DNA of 64,000 nt from an uncultured virus (IMG/VR IMGVR_UViG_3300033808_000111) (lineage: Duplodnaviria; Heunggongvirae; Uroviricota; Caudoviricetes). Shown piece after piece: positions 18,741 to 28,359 of the stretch (position 1 is the stretch's first letter; each line of letters opens with the position of its first letter). The stretch lies in IMG/VR virus record IMGVR_UViG_3300033808_000111; one strand, 5' to 3'. The notes beneath the pieces are model-generated. The model had not been told where the DNA came from and searched no databases. It saw only the letters and a list, made by a program, of their open reading frames with translations. Both the position numbers and the translations under genes were made by a program.

Positions 18741-19063
18741 TTGCGACTGCTCCGGAACCGAAGACCGAGAAGGTCAGAGCTATCGACGTCAAGCCGTACC
18801 GCTGGGCGCTCTGGTGCACCGTTGAAGGTTCGAGCAAGCCGTTCGCGAACGAGATCTGCATCCGGAAGTGGAGCGACGACGGCGAGAAGATCATTTTCAT
18901 GCTCGACAGCCACAACTTTCTCTTCGCTCGTCCCGACGAGGAGCTTGAGCTGATCCCGATTCCCAATCCAAGCTTCACGAAGGACGAGGAGGACGAAAAG
19001 AGGATGGCCGAGAGACCTCATCACCAGAGGTGCCAACACTGCGGCGAGTGGGTGAAGAAGTGA
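18737..19063 (+). CDS. hypothetical protein
   Basis: ATGA coupling; C-terminal CQHCG. Confidence 0.6.
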   Translation: MIATAPEPKTEKVRAIDVKPYRWALWCTVEGSSKPFANEICIRKWSDDGEKIIFMLDSHNFLFARPDEELELIPIPNPSFTKDEEDEKRMAERPHHQRCQHCGEWVKK

Positions 19064-19080
19064 GGAGTGAGGAGGGCCGG

Positions 19081-19395
19081 ATGATGCTGACGAAGACGCA
19101 GAAGATCTGTAAGAAGATGCTCGAGGACAATTTCATCGGCGAAGACTCGTACGATGCAGCGCTCGTGGTCATGAGCGCTTGCCACGTCGGCGCGAGCACG
19201 AAGAAGGTCAGCAAGGACACCGGCTTGTCTATGGCCGCAATCGCTCCATACCGGGACAACCTCAAGAAGAGCGGCGTGTGGCGCAGGGACGGGAAGATCT
19301 CCATCGAGAAGTGCGAGACGGACGAGGACTGGGCAGTCGAGATTCTGCTCCTCGTCAACGTGGCGATGGGCTACGTCCAGCGATCTCGAGGCTGA
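19081..19395 (+). CDS. putative winged-HTH protein
   Basis: TKKVSKDTGLS..NLKKSGVW..DGKI; RBS GGAGG. Confidence 0.55.
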   Translation: MMLTKTQKICKKMLEDNFIGEDSYDAALVVMSACHVGASTKKVSKDTGLSMAAIAPYRDNLKKSGVWRRDGKISIEKCETDEDWAVEILLLVNVAMGYVQRSRG

Positions 19396-19419
19396 TTTCT
19401 GCGGGTTTCGTCGTGGAGC

Positions 19420-19447
19420 TTGCGCGTGGGCCAGGTGTTGCTACACT
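19420..19447 (+). promoter_or_regulatory. sigma70-type promoter (TTGCGC-16-TACACT, extended -10 TG)
   Basis: motif in the intergenic region, followed by a hairpin-rich leader. Confidence 0.5.
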
Positions 19448-19535
19448 GACCAAGTACCCGATGTGGGTACTTGATGGAAAGGTCGTGATCGGACCCGCCG
19501 CAGGCGGGACGACACAATGAGAGGAAGGCGAAGCG

Positions 19536-20891
19536 ATGCGATTGGAACTGACGATCAAGACGACGTACTTGCCCAAGTGGGCGGTGTTCGAGGGTCTGCG
19601 CGAACTCTTTCAGAACGCGCGCGACGCCGAGATCGAGTTCAACTCTCCGATGACCGTGTGGCATCGCAAGGAGACCGATACGCTCTGCATCGAGAACGAC
19701 GGCTGCACGATCCCGCACGAGGCGCTCCTCTTCGGGCACACGAGCAAGCTCGGGCGCTCGGACCTCGCGGGCCGCTTCGGCGAAGGGCTCAAGCTCGCGA
19801 TGCTCGTGCTCACGCGCGAAGGGATTGCGGTCAAGATCCGCTCGGGCTCCGAGGTCTGGACGCCGAAGATCGAGCGCTCGGATAAGTTCGACGCCGACGT
19901 GCTCGTGGTCCACGTCGAGCGGGGCCGGCAGGACAAGAACCGCGTCCAGATCGAGGTCACGGGCGTGAGCGCCGAGAGCTTCGACAAGCTCAAGGATCTC
20001 TTTCTTTTCCTCGGCAAGGTGAAGGACGACGAGAAGATCAAGACGTCGTCTGGCACGCTGCTTCTTGGGCCGCGCTTCGAGCACCGGCTCTTCGTCAAAG
20101 GGATCTTCGTCCAGAACGTTCCGGACATGTCGTTCGGCTACGATCTGCCCGACGTCGAGATCGATCGTGACAGGCGGATGGTGGACGGCTGGGACAAGAA
20201 CTGGCGCCTCGCGCAGATCTGGAGGGAGGCCACGCGGACGCGTCCCGATCTCACGAGTTCGTTCTTGAAGCTCCTCGAGTCCGAGGCCTCGGACGTCGCT
20301 GGCTTCGGCGACTCGGAGTGGAACGCCGGAGAGCTTTCTCAGGCGGTCAAAGAGCACGTCATGCAGGAGTTCCAGAAGCTCCACGGCGAGAGCGCCATTC
20401 CAGTCCAGACGCTCGCCGAGTCGCACGAGGTCGAGCACCTTGGTAAGCGCGGCGTGATCGTCCCCAAGGCGATGCGCTCGGTCCTCGAGCAGACCCTCGG
20501 GTCGGTCAGCAAGAACAAGGAGAAGCTCTCGAAGGAGACGCAGAAGCTCTACGGCTGGCACGAGCTTTCGAACGTCGAGAAGGCATCGCTCGAGCGCGCG
20601 CTCTTCCTGGTCGCGGGTGTCGAGCCGGTCGCTCTCGCCGACGTGGACGTCGCGGATTTCCGCGACCCGAAGATCCGTGGGATGTTCGTTCCGGACGGCG
20701 ATTCGGGATCGCGTGTGCAGCTCAAGAAGGAGATTCTCTCCGACCCCGTCCTCACGCTCCGCGTGCTCGTGCACGAGGTCGCGCACAAGGCCGGCGGCGG
20801 GGACGGCGAGAAGGATCATGTCTCGAACATCGAGAGGATCTGGTCGGGGATCGTCAGCAAGCTGATGAAGCTGGGGAGCGACGAGTCATGA
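19536..20891 (+). CDS. GHKL-type ATPase with C-terminal HExxH motif
   Basis: LRELFQNARDA, IENDG, GRFGEGLKLA; VHEVAH..H near C-terminus. Confidence 0.82.
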   Translation: MRLELTIKTTYLPKWAVFEGLRELFQNARDAEIEFNSPMTVWHRKETDTLCIENDGCTIPHEALLFGHTSKLGRSDLAGRFGEGLKLAMLVLTREGIAVKIRSGSEVWTPKIERSDKFDADVLVVHVERGRQDKNRVQIEVTGVSAESFDKLKDLFLFLGKVKDDEKIKTSSGTLLLGPRFEHRLFVKGIFVQNVPDMSFGYDLPDVEIDRDRRMVDGWDKNWRLAQIWREATRTRPDLTSSFLKLLESEASDVAGFGDSEWNAGELSQAVKEHVMQEFQKLHGESAIPVQTLAESHEVEHLGKRGVIVPKAMRSVLEQTLGSVSKNKEKLSKETQKLYGWHELSNVEKASLERALFLVAGVEPVALADVDVADFRDPKIRGMFVPDGDSGSRVQLKKEILSDPVLTLRVLVHEVAHKAGGGDGEKDHVSNIERIWSGIVSKLMKLGSDES

Positions 20892-21087
20892 TGATCACGT
20901 TCTTGCTGCTCGCAGATTTCACGCTGACCATCTCATCGCTCCAGCCCGAGGCCGCGACGCCACCTCCGCTCGCGCCATCGAGCCTCCATGCTCAAAGCGT
21001 GGTGACGGAAGTCATCGCTCCATCGTCGTTCGATAAGGAGATTCCTCCGCTCGCGGAGACGCCATCGAGTCTCAAGGGTGGTGGCTT

Positions 21088-21423
21088 GTGAGCATCGAGC
21101 GCACTCCCGAGGACGCGACGAAAGGGATCGTGGATGTGAGCGATCTCTTCGCGTTCTGGAGGTATGACCTTTTTCCTTTTTGGCTCGGCGGCACTGTCGT
21201 GCGGATGAGCGAGAACGGGAGCGTCGAGACCAAGGAGTTCGGCAAAGGCTATTGGTTCAAGCCGTATTTCATCGTCCCTGTGTCGAAGGGGCGGATGCTC
21301 AAAGAAAAGCTCGACGCGCTTCGCGCGGAGCATCACGCGGCAACGAAGACTTTCAACGACGAGTGGGCGGCAAAGGTGCGGGCCACGATGGAGAGTGTCG
21401 CTCTGCTCAAAGAGGAGAAATGA
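21088..21423 (+). CDS. hypothetical protein
   Basis: AFWRYDLFPF.LGG motif; coupled gene. Confidence 0.65.
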   Translation: MSIERTPEDATKGIVDVSDLFAFWRYDLFPFWLGGTVVRMSENGSVETKEFGKGYWFKPYFIVPVSKGRMLKEKLDALRAEHHAATKTFNDEWAAKVRATMESVALLKEEK

Positions 21424-21833
21424 CCGACTACTTCGACCAAGCCGAGCGTGAGGTTCGCGAGCGGATCGCGGGCATAGGCGACGATGAAGCCGTGATCGAG
21501 AGCGCCGCGGCGGTGGAGGGGCGCGTCGTCAAAGATGTGCTCCTCTGCACGGGCGACCGCGAGTTCCCGGTCGATCTGCGCGATAAGATCTTGGGGCTCG
21601 TCGCGCGCCGCGGGCTCGTAGACTACGCCGGCAAGCTACGAGAGCCCAAGGACAGATCGGCGGAGGCCGTCTTCGCGATCACGGCGACGCGGCGGAGCGA
21701 GCTTCTTTCGGACCTTCACTCGGCGTTCCACGAGCTTGCCTCCCGGCGCGCCCTTGCGAGGTTCGGGTGGTGGTCGGACTCGCCGTCGGGGAATCTCCGG
21801 CGGCGCGAGACCCACGATACGGAGGGAACGTGA
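21420..21833 (+). CDS. hypothetical protein
   Basis: RBS GAGGAG; ATGA overlap. Confidence 0.6.
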   Translation: MTDYFDQAEREVRERIAGIGDDEAVIESAAAVEGRVVKDVLLCTGDREFPVDLRDKILGLVARRGLVDYAGKLREPKDRSAEAVFAITATRRSELLSDLHSAFHELASRRALARFGWWSDSPSGNLRRRETHDTEGT

Positions 21834-22234
21834 AGAAGAGCGCGAAGAAGAAGGAACCGATGACCGGCTCGGACGCCTGCGTCTACATGCACACGGCTTT
21901 GCGCAAGGCATGCGACAGCAAAATCACGTCCTCCGTCTACAACATGGTTCACCTCGTGAAGGTCGAGCCTCACAAGTACGATCCGTGGCGCTTCTTCGGG
22001 CAGCTCGTCGCTGACCGCTTGAACAATGGCGAGAAGCCCTGGTCGGCGGTCGTCGGCGCGCACGCCGAGCTGGAAAACAAGTTCCTCGACCTGCTCTATC
22101 CCGACGTCGGGAGGAAGCCCGACGACGTGCCGAGGGAGGCCACGACCTGGCTCTACGCATTCTCGTGCGCGATGTGCTGCTTCAGCAAGCGCGACTGGGA
22201 AGGCATGGCGGCGTACCTGAAAGAGGAGGAATGA
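21830..22234 (+). CDS. hypothetical protein
   Basis: GTGA/ATGA overlaps. Confidence 0.6.
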   Translation: MKKSAKKKEPMTGSDACVYMHTALRKACDSKITSSVYNMVHLVKVEPHKYDPWRFFGQLVADRLNNGEKPWSAVVGAHAELENKFLDLLYPDVGRKPDDVPREATTWLYAFSCAMCCFSKRDWEGMAAYLKEEE

Positions 22235-22521
22235 AAGTGAGCTTCAGCAATCCTGGAAAGGTGCTCGGGATCCTTCGGACGCGCGAGGCGTTGCGGCATT
22301 CGGCTCAGACCTCGGACCTCTCGCGAGAGATCGCGACGCTCAAGCAGGAGACTTCGGATCTGGTGGGCGAGATCCGCAAGCTCAAAGTCGCGAATGCCGC
22401 GATGAAAGAGCTTCTCTCCGAAGTGGTGCAGCAGGCAGAGATCACCACGCGCCCGGTCTCTCCCGCGTGGCTCGAGCGGGCGAGGGCAATCTTGTCGAGT
22501 TCGAAGAGGAAAAAGTCATGA
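22231..22521 (+). CDS. coiled-coil hypothetical protein
   Basis: RBS GAGGAGG; ATGA overlap. Confidence 0.6.
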   Translation: MKVSFSNPGKVLGILRTREALRHSAQTSDLSREIATLKQETSDLVGEIRKLKVANAAMKELLSEVVQQAEITTRPVSPAWLERARAILSSSKRKKS

Positions 22522-22613
22522 ATCCGAGACCGAGCCGGAGGCGAGGGCGAACGACGAGAACGACCGAGCAGGGTCCTATCGAGCAAAGCGAGATGGGAGA
22601 GGGAAGGTCATGA
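22515..22613 (+). repeat. repeat family A, 92-bp form; mini-ORF 22518-22613
   Basis: GTCATGA-ATCCGAG..GGGAAGGTCATGA. Confidence 0.9.
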
Positions 22614-22858
22614 GTGGTTCTCCCAAGGATTGGAAGAGCTTCTCGCTCGGCGAGATGCTCACGGACGCCGAGATCCAGCGGGCGATCAACATCTGGCAGG
22701 ACGGCGGCCCGCGGGTCGCGCGCCGACTCTGCGACGAGGTCGTGCGCCCGGCGCTCGTGGAGATCAACCGCAAGACCGGGCAGGAGAACGACCCGATGTA
22801 CCTCGCCTACATGCTCGAGTACGTCTTCGAGCAGCAATCGCGTCGGAGCTTGAGTTGA
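22610..22858 (+). CDS. hypothetical protein
   Basis: EINRKTGQENDPMYLAYMLEY; start and RBS supplied by repeat A. Confidence 0.7.
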   Translation: MSGSPKDWKSFSLGEMLTDAEIQRAINIWQDGGPRVARRLCDEVVRPALVEINRKTGQENDPMYLAYMLEYVFEQQSRRSLS

Positions 22859-23190
22859 TGGGCCGCCGAATTGTTGCTCGGACCATCCGTCACATGGCGC
22901 GGTCCTCGAAGCTGAAGACTGACGCCGAGCGTCTCGGGGCGTACGTCGCCGGCTTCTTCGAGCGCCGCAAAAAGTGGCCCACAGTTCGTCAGTGCGCGCG
23001 CGCACTTCGCTGGACGCAGGCGCGCGTCGAAGAAGCGACCGGAGACGAGTCGTACGGCGGCAGGCTCTTCCTCTCGTCGCTCCTCTCGATGGTCGATTCG
23101 CCGCTCGGCGATCACTTCGTCGAGCACCTCGAGCTGATGAACCCGTGGAAGCAGCGCCAGCTCCGAAGAAACGGACCGGAGGGGTCATGA
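22858..23190 (+). CDS. putative HTH protein
   Basis: WPTVRQCARALRWTQARVEE. Confidence 0.55.
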   Translation: MGRRIVARTIRHMARSSKLKTDAERLGAYVAGFFERRKKWPTVRQCARALRWTQARVEEATGDESYGGRLFLSSLLSMVDSPLGDHFVEHLELMNPWKQRQLRRNGPEGS

Positions 23191-23258
23191 ATCCGAGGTC
23201 GGGCTGGAAGCCCGAGCGAACGACGAGAACGACCGAGCGAAGCGAGGGAAGGTCATGA
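23184..23258 (+). repeat. repeat family A, 68-bp form; mini-ORF 23187-23258
   Basis: near-identical to 36978-37052. Confidence 0.9.
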
Positions 23259-23839
23259 GCCACGAGCTTGATCCTGTCATCGATGAGCTGAAGAAGCAGG
23301 GCTTCATTCTCACGAAGACCTCTAACGGGCACTTCAGTGCCAAGAGCAAGACTGGCACGGGCGGGATCGTCCACTTCTCGTACTCGGGAGACATCTACGC
23401 GTTCCGGAACACCATTCGCGACCTCAAGAAGATCGGGTTCATCTGGCCTCCGCCGGACGCGCCGAAGAACGGCGCGGGTCCGTCGAGCAAGGCCGAGCCC
23501 TGCTGCACGCTCTGCTACAATAAGAACGGGTGCAAGGATGGAAGCTGCGCGTGCCATCTGCCGGCGAGCGCGTTCCAGCCGAAGTCCGCGCCGGCGGCGA
23601 AGCCGACGAGCGAGGAGCTTTTCACGGAGCTGACGGAGGCGCGTGTGATCCTCCAGGCTGCCGACGAGGCGCTCGCCCACGCGCGGAGCAAGCTCGAAGA
23701 GGCGAAAGACTCGCTCGCGCAAGCGGAGAAGGTGAGGGCCGACGCCGTCGCGACGTTCGCGGCGAGCAAGAAGAAGTTCGACGATGACATGCTCGCGGGG
23801 ATCGACCTCGGCGTGTCGAAAGAAGGAGGTCCATCGTGA
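23255..23839 (+). CDS. HicA-like N-terminal domain plus Cys cluster and coiled coil
   Basis: ELKKQGF.L.KT.NGH..D..AFRN..RDLKKIGF. Confidence 0.5.
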   Translation: MSHELDPVIDELKKQGFILTKTSNGHFSAKSKTGTGGIVHFSYSGDIYAFRNTIRDLKKIGFIWPPPDAPKNGAGPSSKAEPCCTLCYNKNGCKDGSCACHLPASAFQPKSAPAAKPTSEELFTELTEARVILQAADEALAHARSKLEEAKDSLAQAEKVRADAVATFAASKKKFDDDMLAGIDLGVSKEGGPS

Positions 23840-24975
23840 GGCGGAAAGCATTGCAGCTCGAGAGGCAGTGATGGTTCGAGAGAAGAAATCCCATGCGTCC
23901 CACACCTTCGAGGCTCACGCTTTGACCTTCGGTACTCTCGCCTCGGTCTTCGACGCGCATGCCGTGACCTTCGACGCACTCGCCTCGATGAACCCCCTCG
24001 AGCGGCTCGCGATTGCGACATGGCTAGAGGAACGCGTGGGCGATATGAGGGTTGATCGATCTTCGATCAGCGAAGAATACGGCGTCGATCTCGTCATGAT
24101 CCTTGACTTACTCACCAAGTCCATTCGTCTCGACTTGAGGAAAAGGACGAAGAAGTGATGAAGCGTTCGAAGCTGTTCAGTCGCGGGTTTTCTTATGGCA
24201 TGTGGACCGGTGGCCTCGCCACCAGCGCCTGCTTCTCGATCATCCAGGATGTCGCGGGTCCCGACGTGTACGCCGGTTGGGTGCTGCGCTACTCGACGTC
24301 GGGCGCGCGGGCGTGGTTCTTCGATGCGGTACTTCTTTTGCTCGCTTTGTGGCTCATCGTTGCGTCGTACCGCGAGTCGTTCCGCGTGGGTGCAGCTGGG
24401 AATGATGAAGGAGGGGAGTGATGCTCTTGGACGAGAGAAACAAGATTCATGCAGCGATCGAGGAGGCGTGTGAGAGCGCTGGTCTCGAGGTCGAGACGGG
24501 CGGCGGGTGGCAGAAGATGATCGGCGACGTAGTCGACGCCGGCGACGTTTGGGAGGTTCCCGTCGTCAGGATCAGTAAGCGGCGCGTAACGGGAGAAGGA
24601 CGATGAATCTCGAGTTTGGCTGGGTGAAGTACACAGTCGCTGCGCCCAAGAAGCCGGGCGAGCTTTACCTCGCGAAGCTCACCGATCATCCGATCCGCGC
24701 TTCCGCTCCGAGCGCCGCCGAGGCGCTCTCGCTCTGCTTTCAGGCGCTCGCTGCGAAGTTGAGCAACCCTTCTTTGGGTGAGATGGAAGAGAGGAGTCTG
24801 TGAAGAACGTTCGCGAAGGAAGAGTTCGTAGGTGTCGTCACAACGAGTGCATCTCTGCGAGGGCCGCGGAGCTTGCCAAGATGGGTCTTGTTCGACTTGC
24901 TGCCGAGCTTCACGCGCTCGGCTTGCCGGTCGAATGTCGACTTGCGGCTCCAGTGGTTGCGACAAAGAAGGTTGC

Positions 24976-25650
24976 ATGAGGGAGATCCACGTTATCTGGA
25001 CCTGCGGGCATGGCAGACAAACTCCGGAGGGTCTGCGTCGCATGTCTATGAGGGACAAGGGGTACGGCAAGGCGCTCCGCGTGGCGCTCAACTACGAGCG
25101 GACGTACGTGCTCGTCTTCGACGAGACTGCTCTCGATCGGATGATAAAGAAGACGCAGGAGGCGTTCGACAAGGGTCTCTCGATCACTGGCGCTGCTCTC
25201 GGTGTGCGCGCGTACCTATCCGTTCGCACTTCGATTGTGGATGTCTCCATTGGAGAACTGGGCGACTCCGTTGGAGAATCAAAATCAGAGCCGGCGGTTT
25301 TTCGCTTTGATGGTGTTTCGAGCGCGCACCACAACTGGCGAGGTATGAGCTATTTCCTGGACCCCGAGCTTGCTCCCGACGAGATCCGCGTCTTGACGGG
25401 CGACAGCGCCATCGAGTGGGCCCTCAGGCGTTCGTGCGCGGAGCATCCGGATTGTCTGCTCGAGCCGAAGCTTGCCAAGAGGTGTGCGGAGGAGCGCGAG
25501 CGCGCTTGGTCAGAGAAGAAGAAAGAGAAAGAGAGGAGTGCAGAAGAATCTATGAGCCCCGAGGAGATTTGCTGTCACGGCACGCCCGGTTGCGTCGGAC
25601 GCGGAGAGAAACATTGGTGCTCTCCGATTCACGGATTTCCCGTCACATGA
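24976..25650 (+). CDS. hypothetical protein with CxxHxDC motif
   Basis: CAEHPDCLLEPKLAKRC. Confidence 0.65.
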   Translation: MREIHVIWTCGHGRQTPEGLRRMSMRDKGYGKALRVALNYERTYVLVFDETALDRMIKKTQEAFDKGLSITGAALGVRAYLSVRTSIVDVSIGELGDSVGESKSEPAVFRFDGVSSAHHNWRGMSYFLDPELAPDEIRVLTGDSAIEWALRRSCAEHPDCLLEPKLAKRCAEERERAWSEKKKEKERSAEESMSPEEICCHGTPGCVGRGEKHWCSPIHGFPVT

Positions 25651-25919
25651 GCTGGCTCGATCCCGGACGCTGCTCGTCCTGCAAGCACTGCTCGATGGAC
25701 ATGGACATGGCGCCTTTCTGCTCTTACCCCGAGGTGCTCAAGATCCATCCTTGGGGCGTGAACCTGAACAAGGCGATCTCTGCGTTCTGCGGCGAGGACT
25801 TGAAGCTTCGAGAGCCGATGGATCCGCAGCGAAGCTGCGGAGCCGACTCTTGCCGGGAAGGGCTCGGAGAGCCCGTTATCGAGGAAGAGAAGCCGAAAGA
25901 AGAGAAGCCGTGCGGGTAG
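25647..25919 (+). CDS. Cys-rich hypothetical protein
   Basis: CSSCKHC..C..P..C; ATGA overlap. Confidence 0.55.
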   Translation: MSWLDPGRCSSCKHCSMDMDMAPFCSYPEVLKIHPWGVNLNKAISAFCGEDLKLREPMDPQRSCGADSCREGLGEPVIEEEKPKEEKPCG

Positions 25920-26464
25920 TGTTCCTCGACTTCGACGGCGTGCTCAACTCCTCGCGCTTCGCGCGCGAGAACCCCACGACGGGCACCTGGGGGCTCGACC
26001 CGAGCGCCGTCCGGATCGTGAGCGAGATCTGCGAGCGCGGCGCTGCTGAGGTCGTGATCTCGTCGTCATGGCGGATCGGTCGATCGCTTGGGCAGCTCAA
26101 GGACGCCCTGCTCGAGGTCGGGTTCCGCGGCACGGTGCGAGGCGCGACGCCGCTTCCCGAAGAGATGTGCAACGAGCAGCTCGCGACGCTCTTCGAGGAG
26201 AAGGGCTTCCACGCGAGCCCTCAAGAGATCAGGAAGATCGTCGTCGGCTACACGCGTGGTCGCGAGATCGATGCGTGGCTCAAGGCATGTCCGTGGGACA
26301 TCGAGTCGTTCGTCATCCTCGACGACGACAGCGACACTGAGCCTCATGTCGGTAGGCACGTCAAGACTACCCTCGCTGAGGGCATTCTCTCCGAGCACGT
26401 GGAAGAAGCGCTTCGGATTCTCGAGACGCCGTTGAAAGGAGACTGGTTGGGAGATGAGCCGTAA
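25910..26464 (+). CDS. HAD-superfamily domain protein (HAD_SAK_2-like)
   Basis: VFLDFDGVLNS, VISSSWR, RG.EI..WL, FVILDD. Confidence 0.9.
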   Translation: MRVVFLDFDGVLNSSRFARENPTTGTWGLDPSAVRIVSEICERGAAEVVISSSWRIGRSLGQLKDALLEVGFRGTVRGATPLPEEMCNEQLATLFEEKGFHASPQEIRKIVVGYTRGREIDAWLKACPWDIESFVILDDDSDTEPHVGRHVKTTLAEGILSEHVEEALRILETPLKGDWLGDEP

Positions 26465-26993
26465 TCTCTGCAAGCGCGACTGCTACTTCTGCGGCGGCGA
26501 GGTCAAGCTCACAGAGCCCGAGAGGCTCATCACGGAGGAAGACTGCGGGTCGATCTACTACCGATCCGACCGCTACGCTTACAGGGGTGCCGTCGTGGCG
26601 TTCGCCGAGTGCTCGGACTGCTGCGCCAAGTACCTCGCGTGGATCGATTTTTCGGCTTGTCCCGGGTACGGCGAGCACCCGTATTTTAATCGGAGCGAAC
26701 CGTTCTTCGACCTGTCGTTCCGCTCGACGTTCAACGATGAGCCCGGCGAGGCGGACCTGCCTGAGCACGAGATCGAGGTCGTGAGAGCCCGAAAGCCGTG
26801 GCCAGTGTGCGGTGCGTGCGGGAAGAAGATTTATCACTGTTACGGCTGCCAGTGTCCACGGTGCGAGGAGCACGAGGACTGCAAGGCACACCCCGAGATC
26901 GGTCGGACATGCGCGGAAAAGAAACACGAAGAAAGGATTACGTCTGCCGTGCGCGCCGCGGAGAGCGCCGCGGTGACGGAGGAGCGAAGGTGA
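26454..26993 (+). CDS. Cys-rich protein with CxxHxDC motif
   Basis: CEEHEDCKAHPEIGRTC. Confidence 0.75.
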   Translation: MSRNLCKRDCYFCGGEVKLTEPERLITEEDCGSIYYRSDRYAYRGAVVAFAECSDCCAKYLAWIDFSACPGYGEHPYFNRSEPFFDLSFRSTFNDEPGEADLPEHEIEVVRARKPWPVCGACGKKIYHCYGCQCPRCEEHEDCKAHPEIGRTCAEKKHEERITSAVRAAESAAVTEERR

Positions 26994-27055
26994 CCCATGT
27001 GGACGCGTAGCGGGCACATGCAAGGGCACCGAGTGACGAAGGAGCGAAGGTGATG
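26991..27055 (+). repeat. repeat family B, short copy; mini-ORF 26997-27053
   Basis: matches 7358-7482; GTGACGRAGGAGCGAAGGTGA repeated at 26973 and 27033. Confidence 0.85.
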
Positions 27056-27310
27056 GCGACGACGAAGGAAGATCTCGGCAGGTGGTTCGATGTGGGTGTG
27101 CAAGAAGGCGCGACGCACATGATCGTGGTCTGCGACTCGTTTAGCTACGACGACTATCCGGTTTACGTGAAGCCGTCCGAAAACGTTCGCGCGAAGTACC
27201 AGGAGTATCTCGACGGCAAGCACTCGATGCAGCGGGTGATGGAGATCTACTCGCTCAAAAAGCCCAAAGGGCCTCAGTTCGAGCAGCGCCGTGCATTCGA
27301 GTTCGACTGA
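27053..27310 (+). CDS. hypothetical protein
   Basis: W...G...GATHMIVVCDSF.YDDYPVYV..MQRVMEIY. Confidence 0.75.
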   Translation: MATTKEDLGRWFDVGVQEGATHMIVVCDSFSYDDYPVYVKPSENVRAKYQEYLDGKHSMQRVMEIYSLKKPKGPQFEQRRAFEFD

Positions 27311-27315
27311 TCCAC

Positions 27316-27540
27316 ATGTACGACGACTACGACGACCTGCTGGAAGAGCGCTACGCCGACATGATCGTCCGGTGCAGCAAGCACGCGGACTGCCGCGAGC
27401 ACCCGGCGCTGGGGCTCGAGTGCGCGAAGCGTTCAGGACAGACGGTTGATCGTCTCGCGGATCGCGCTTGTCCCTCGACCGACTTCGGCGACTACGACGA
27501 CTGGCGCAAGGCTTTTCCAGAGCTGCCGTGGGATGAATGA
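27316..27540 (+). CDS. small protein with CxxHxDC motif
   Basis: CSKHADCREHPALGLEC. Confidence 0.7.
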   Translation: MYDDYDDLLEERYADMIVRCSKHADCREHPALGLECAKRSGQTVDRLADRACPSTDFGDYDDWRKAFPELPWDE

Positions 27541-28184
27541 GGTTCGTTCTCATCAGCGACACGCACTCGCTCCACCGCCTCATCGAGGTGCCGGACGGCG
27601 ACGTCTTGATCCACGCGGGCGACATCACGCGCGAGGGCGAGGTCGACACCGTCTACGACTTCTCGATCTGGTTCGCGGGTCTGCCGCACAAGGAGAAGGT
27701 GGTCATCCCTGGCAATCACGACTTCTGTTTCGACATCTCGCACAACCGCTACGACGAGCTGGCGCGCAAGATGCTCGAGGATCGCAGGCCGAACATCCAC
27801 TTCCTCTTAGATTCGGCGCGTACCATCGCCGGGCTCCGCTTCTATGGCTCGCCGTGGGTCCCGAACCTCGGCGGCTGGGCTTTCTACGACCGTGGGCGCG
27901 ACATGTTCGACCGCGCTCCCACGGACATCGACGTGCTCGTGACGCACGCCCCGCAGTGGCTCGTCATGGACCGCGAGAAGAAGCGCGGCGAACACTGCGG
28001 GTCGACAGCCGTCGGGCGCTACGTGGGCCGCTGCCCGCGCCTCAAGCTTCATGTCTTCGGGCACGTGCACGAGGGCTACGGGACTTCGCCAGTCGGGCAG
28101 GAGCCGGTGAGGGTGAACGCTTGCTCGCTCAATCGGGAGTACGAGCCGGTGAACAAGCCCATCGTCCTCGACCTCGATTTCTAG
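27537..28184 (+). CDS. calcineurin-like metallophosphoesterase (MPPED-like)
   Basis: ISDTH, IHAGD, GNHD, VTH, GHVHE. Confidence 0.93.
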   Translation: MRFVLISDTHSLHRLIEVPDGDVLIHAGDITREGEVDTVYDFSIWFAGLPHKEKVVIPGNHDFCFDISHNRYDELARKMLEDRRPNIHFLLDSARTIAGLRFYGSPWVPNLGGWAFYDRGRDMFDRAPTDIDVLVTHAPQWLVMDREKKRGEHCGSTAVGRYVGRCPRLKLHVFGHVHEGYGTSPVGQEPVRVNACSLNREYEPVNKPIVLDLDF

Positions 28185-28219
28185 TTTCAGTTGCAAGGAC
28201 GCATGTTCCCGGAGGGAAC

Positions 28220-28253
28220 AGGCCGGGTCCCAGCGAGCGTGAGCGAGCAGGGC
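28220..28253 (+). repeat. repeat family D
   Basis: AGGCCGGGTCCCAGCGAGCGTGAGCGAGCAGGGC. Confidence 0.85.
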
Positions 28254-28314
28254 TTCGTTGTTAGCGAATCGCTAACGTTTTGCTGCGTCAGCAACCGTGC
28301 CAAGAGATAGGATG

Positions 28315-28352
28315 TGGATCGCGTTCGCCGAAGGCGGCGCGACCAAGTAAAG
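28315..28352 (+). repeat. repeat family E (TGGATCGCGTTCGCCG..GGCG.CGCG.CC hairpin)
   Basis: also at 29623-29698 (x2) and 33571-33610. Confidence 0.8.
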
Positions 28353-28359
28353 GGTTCCC

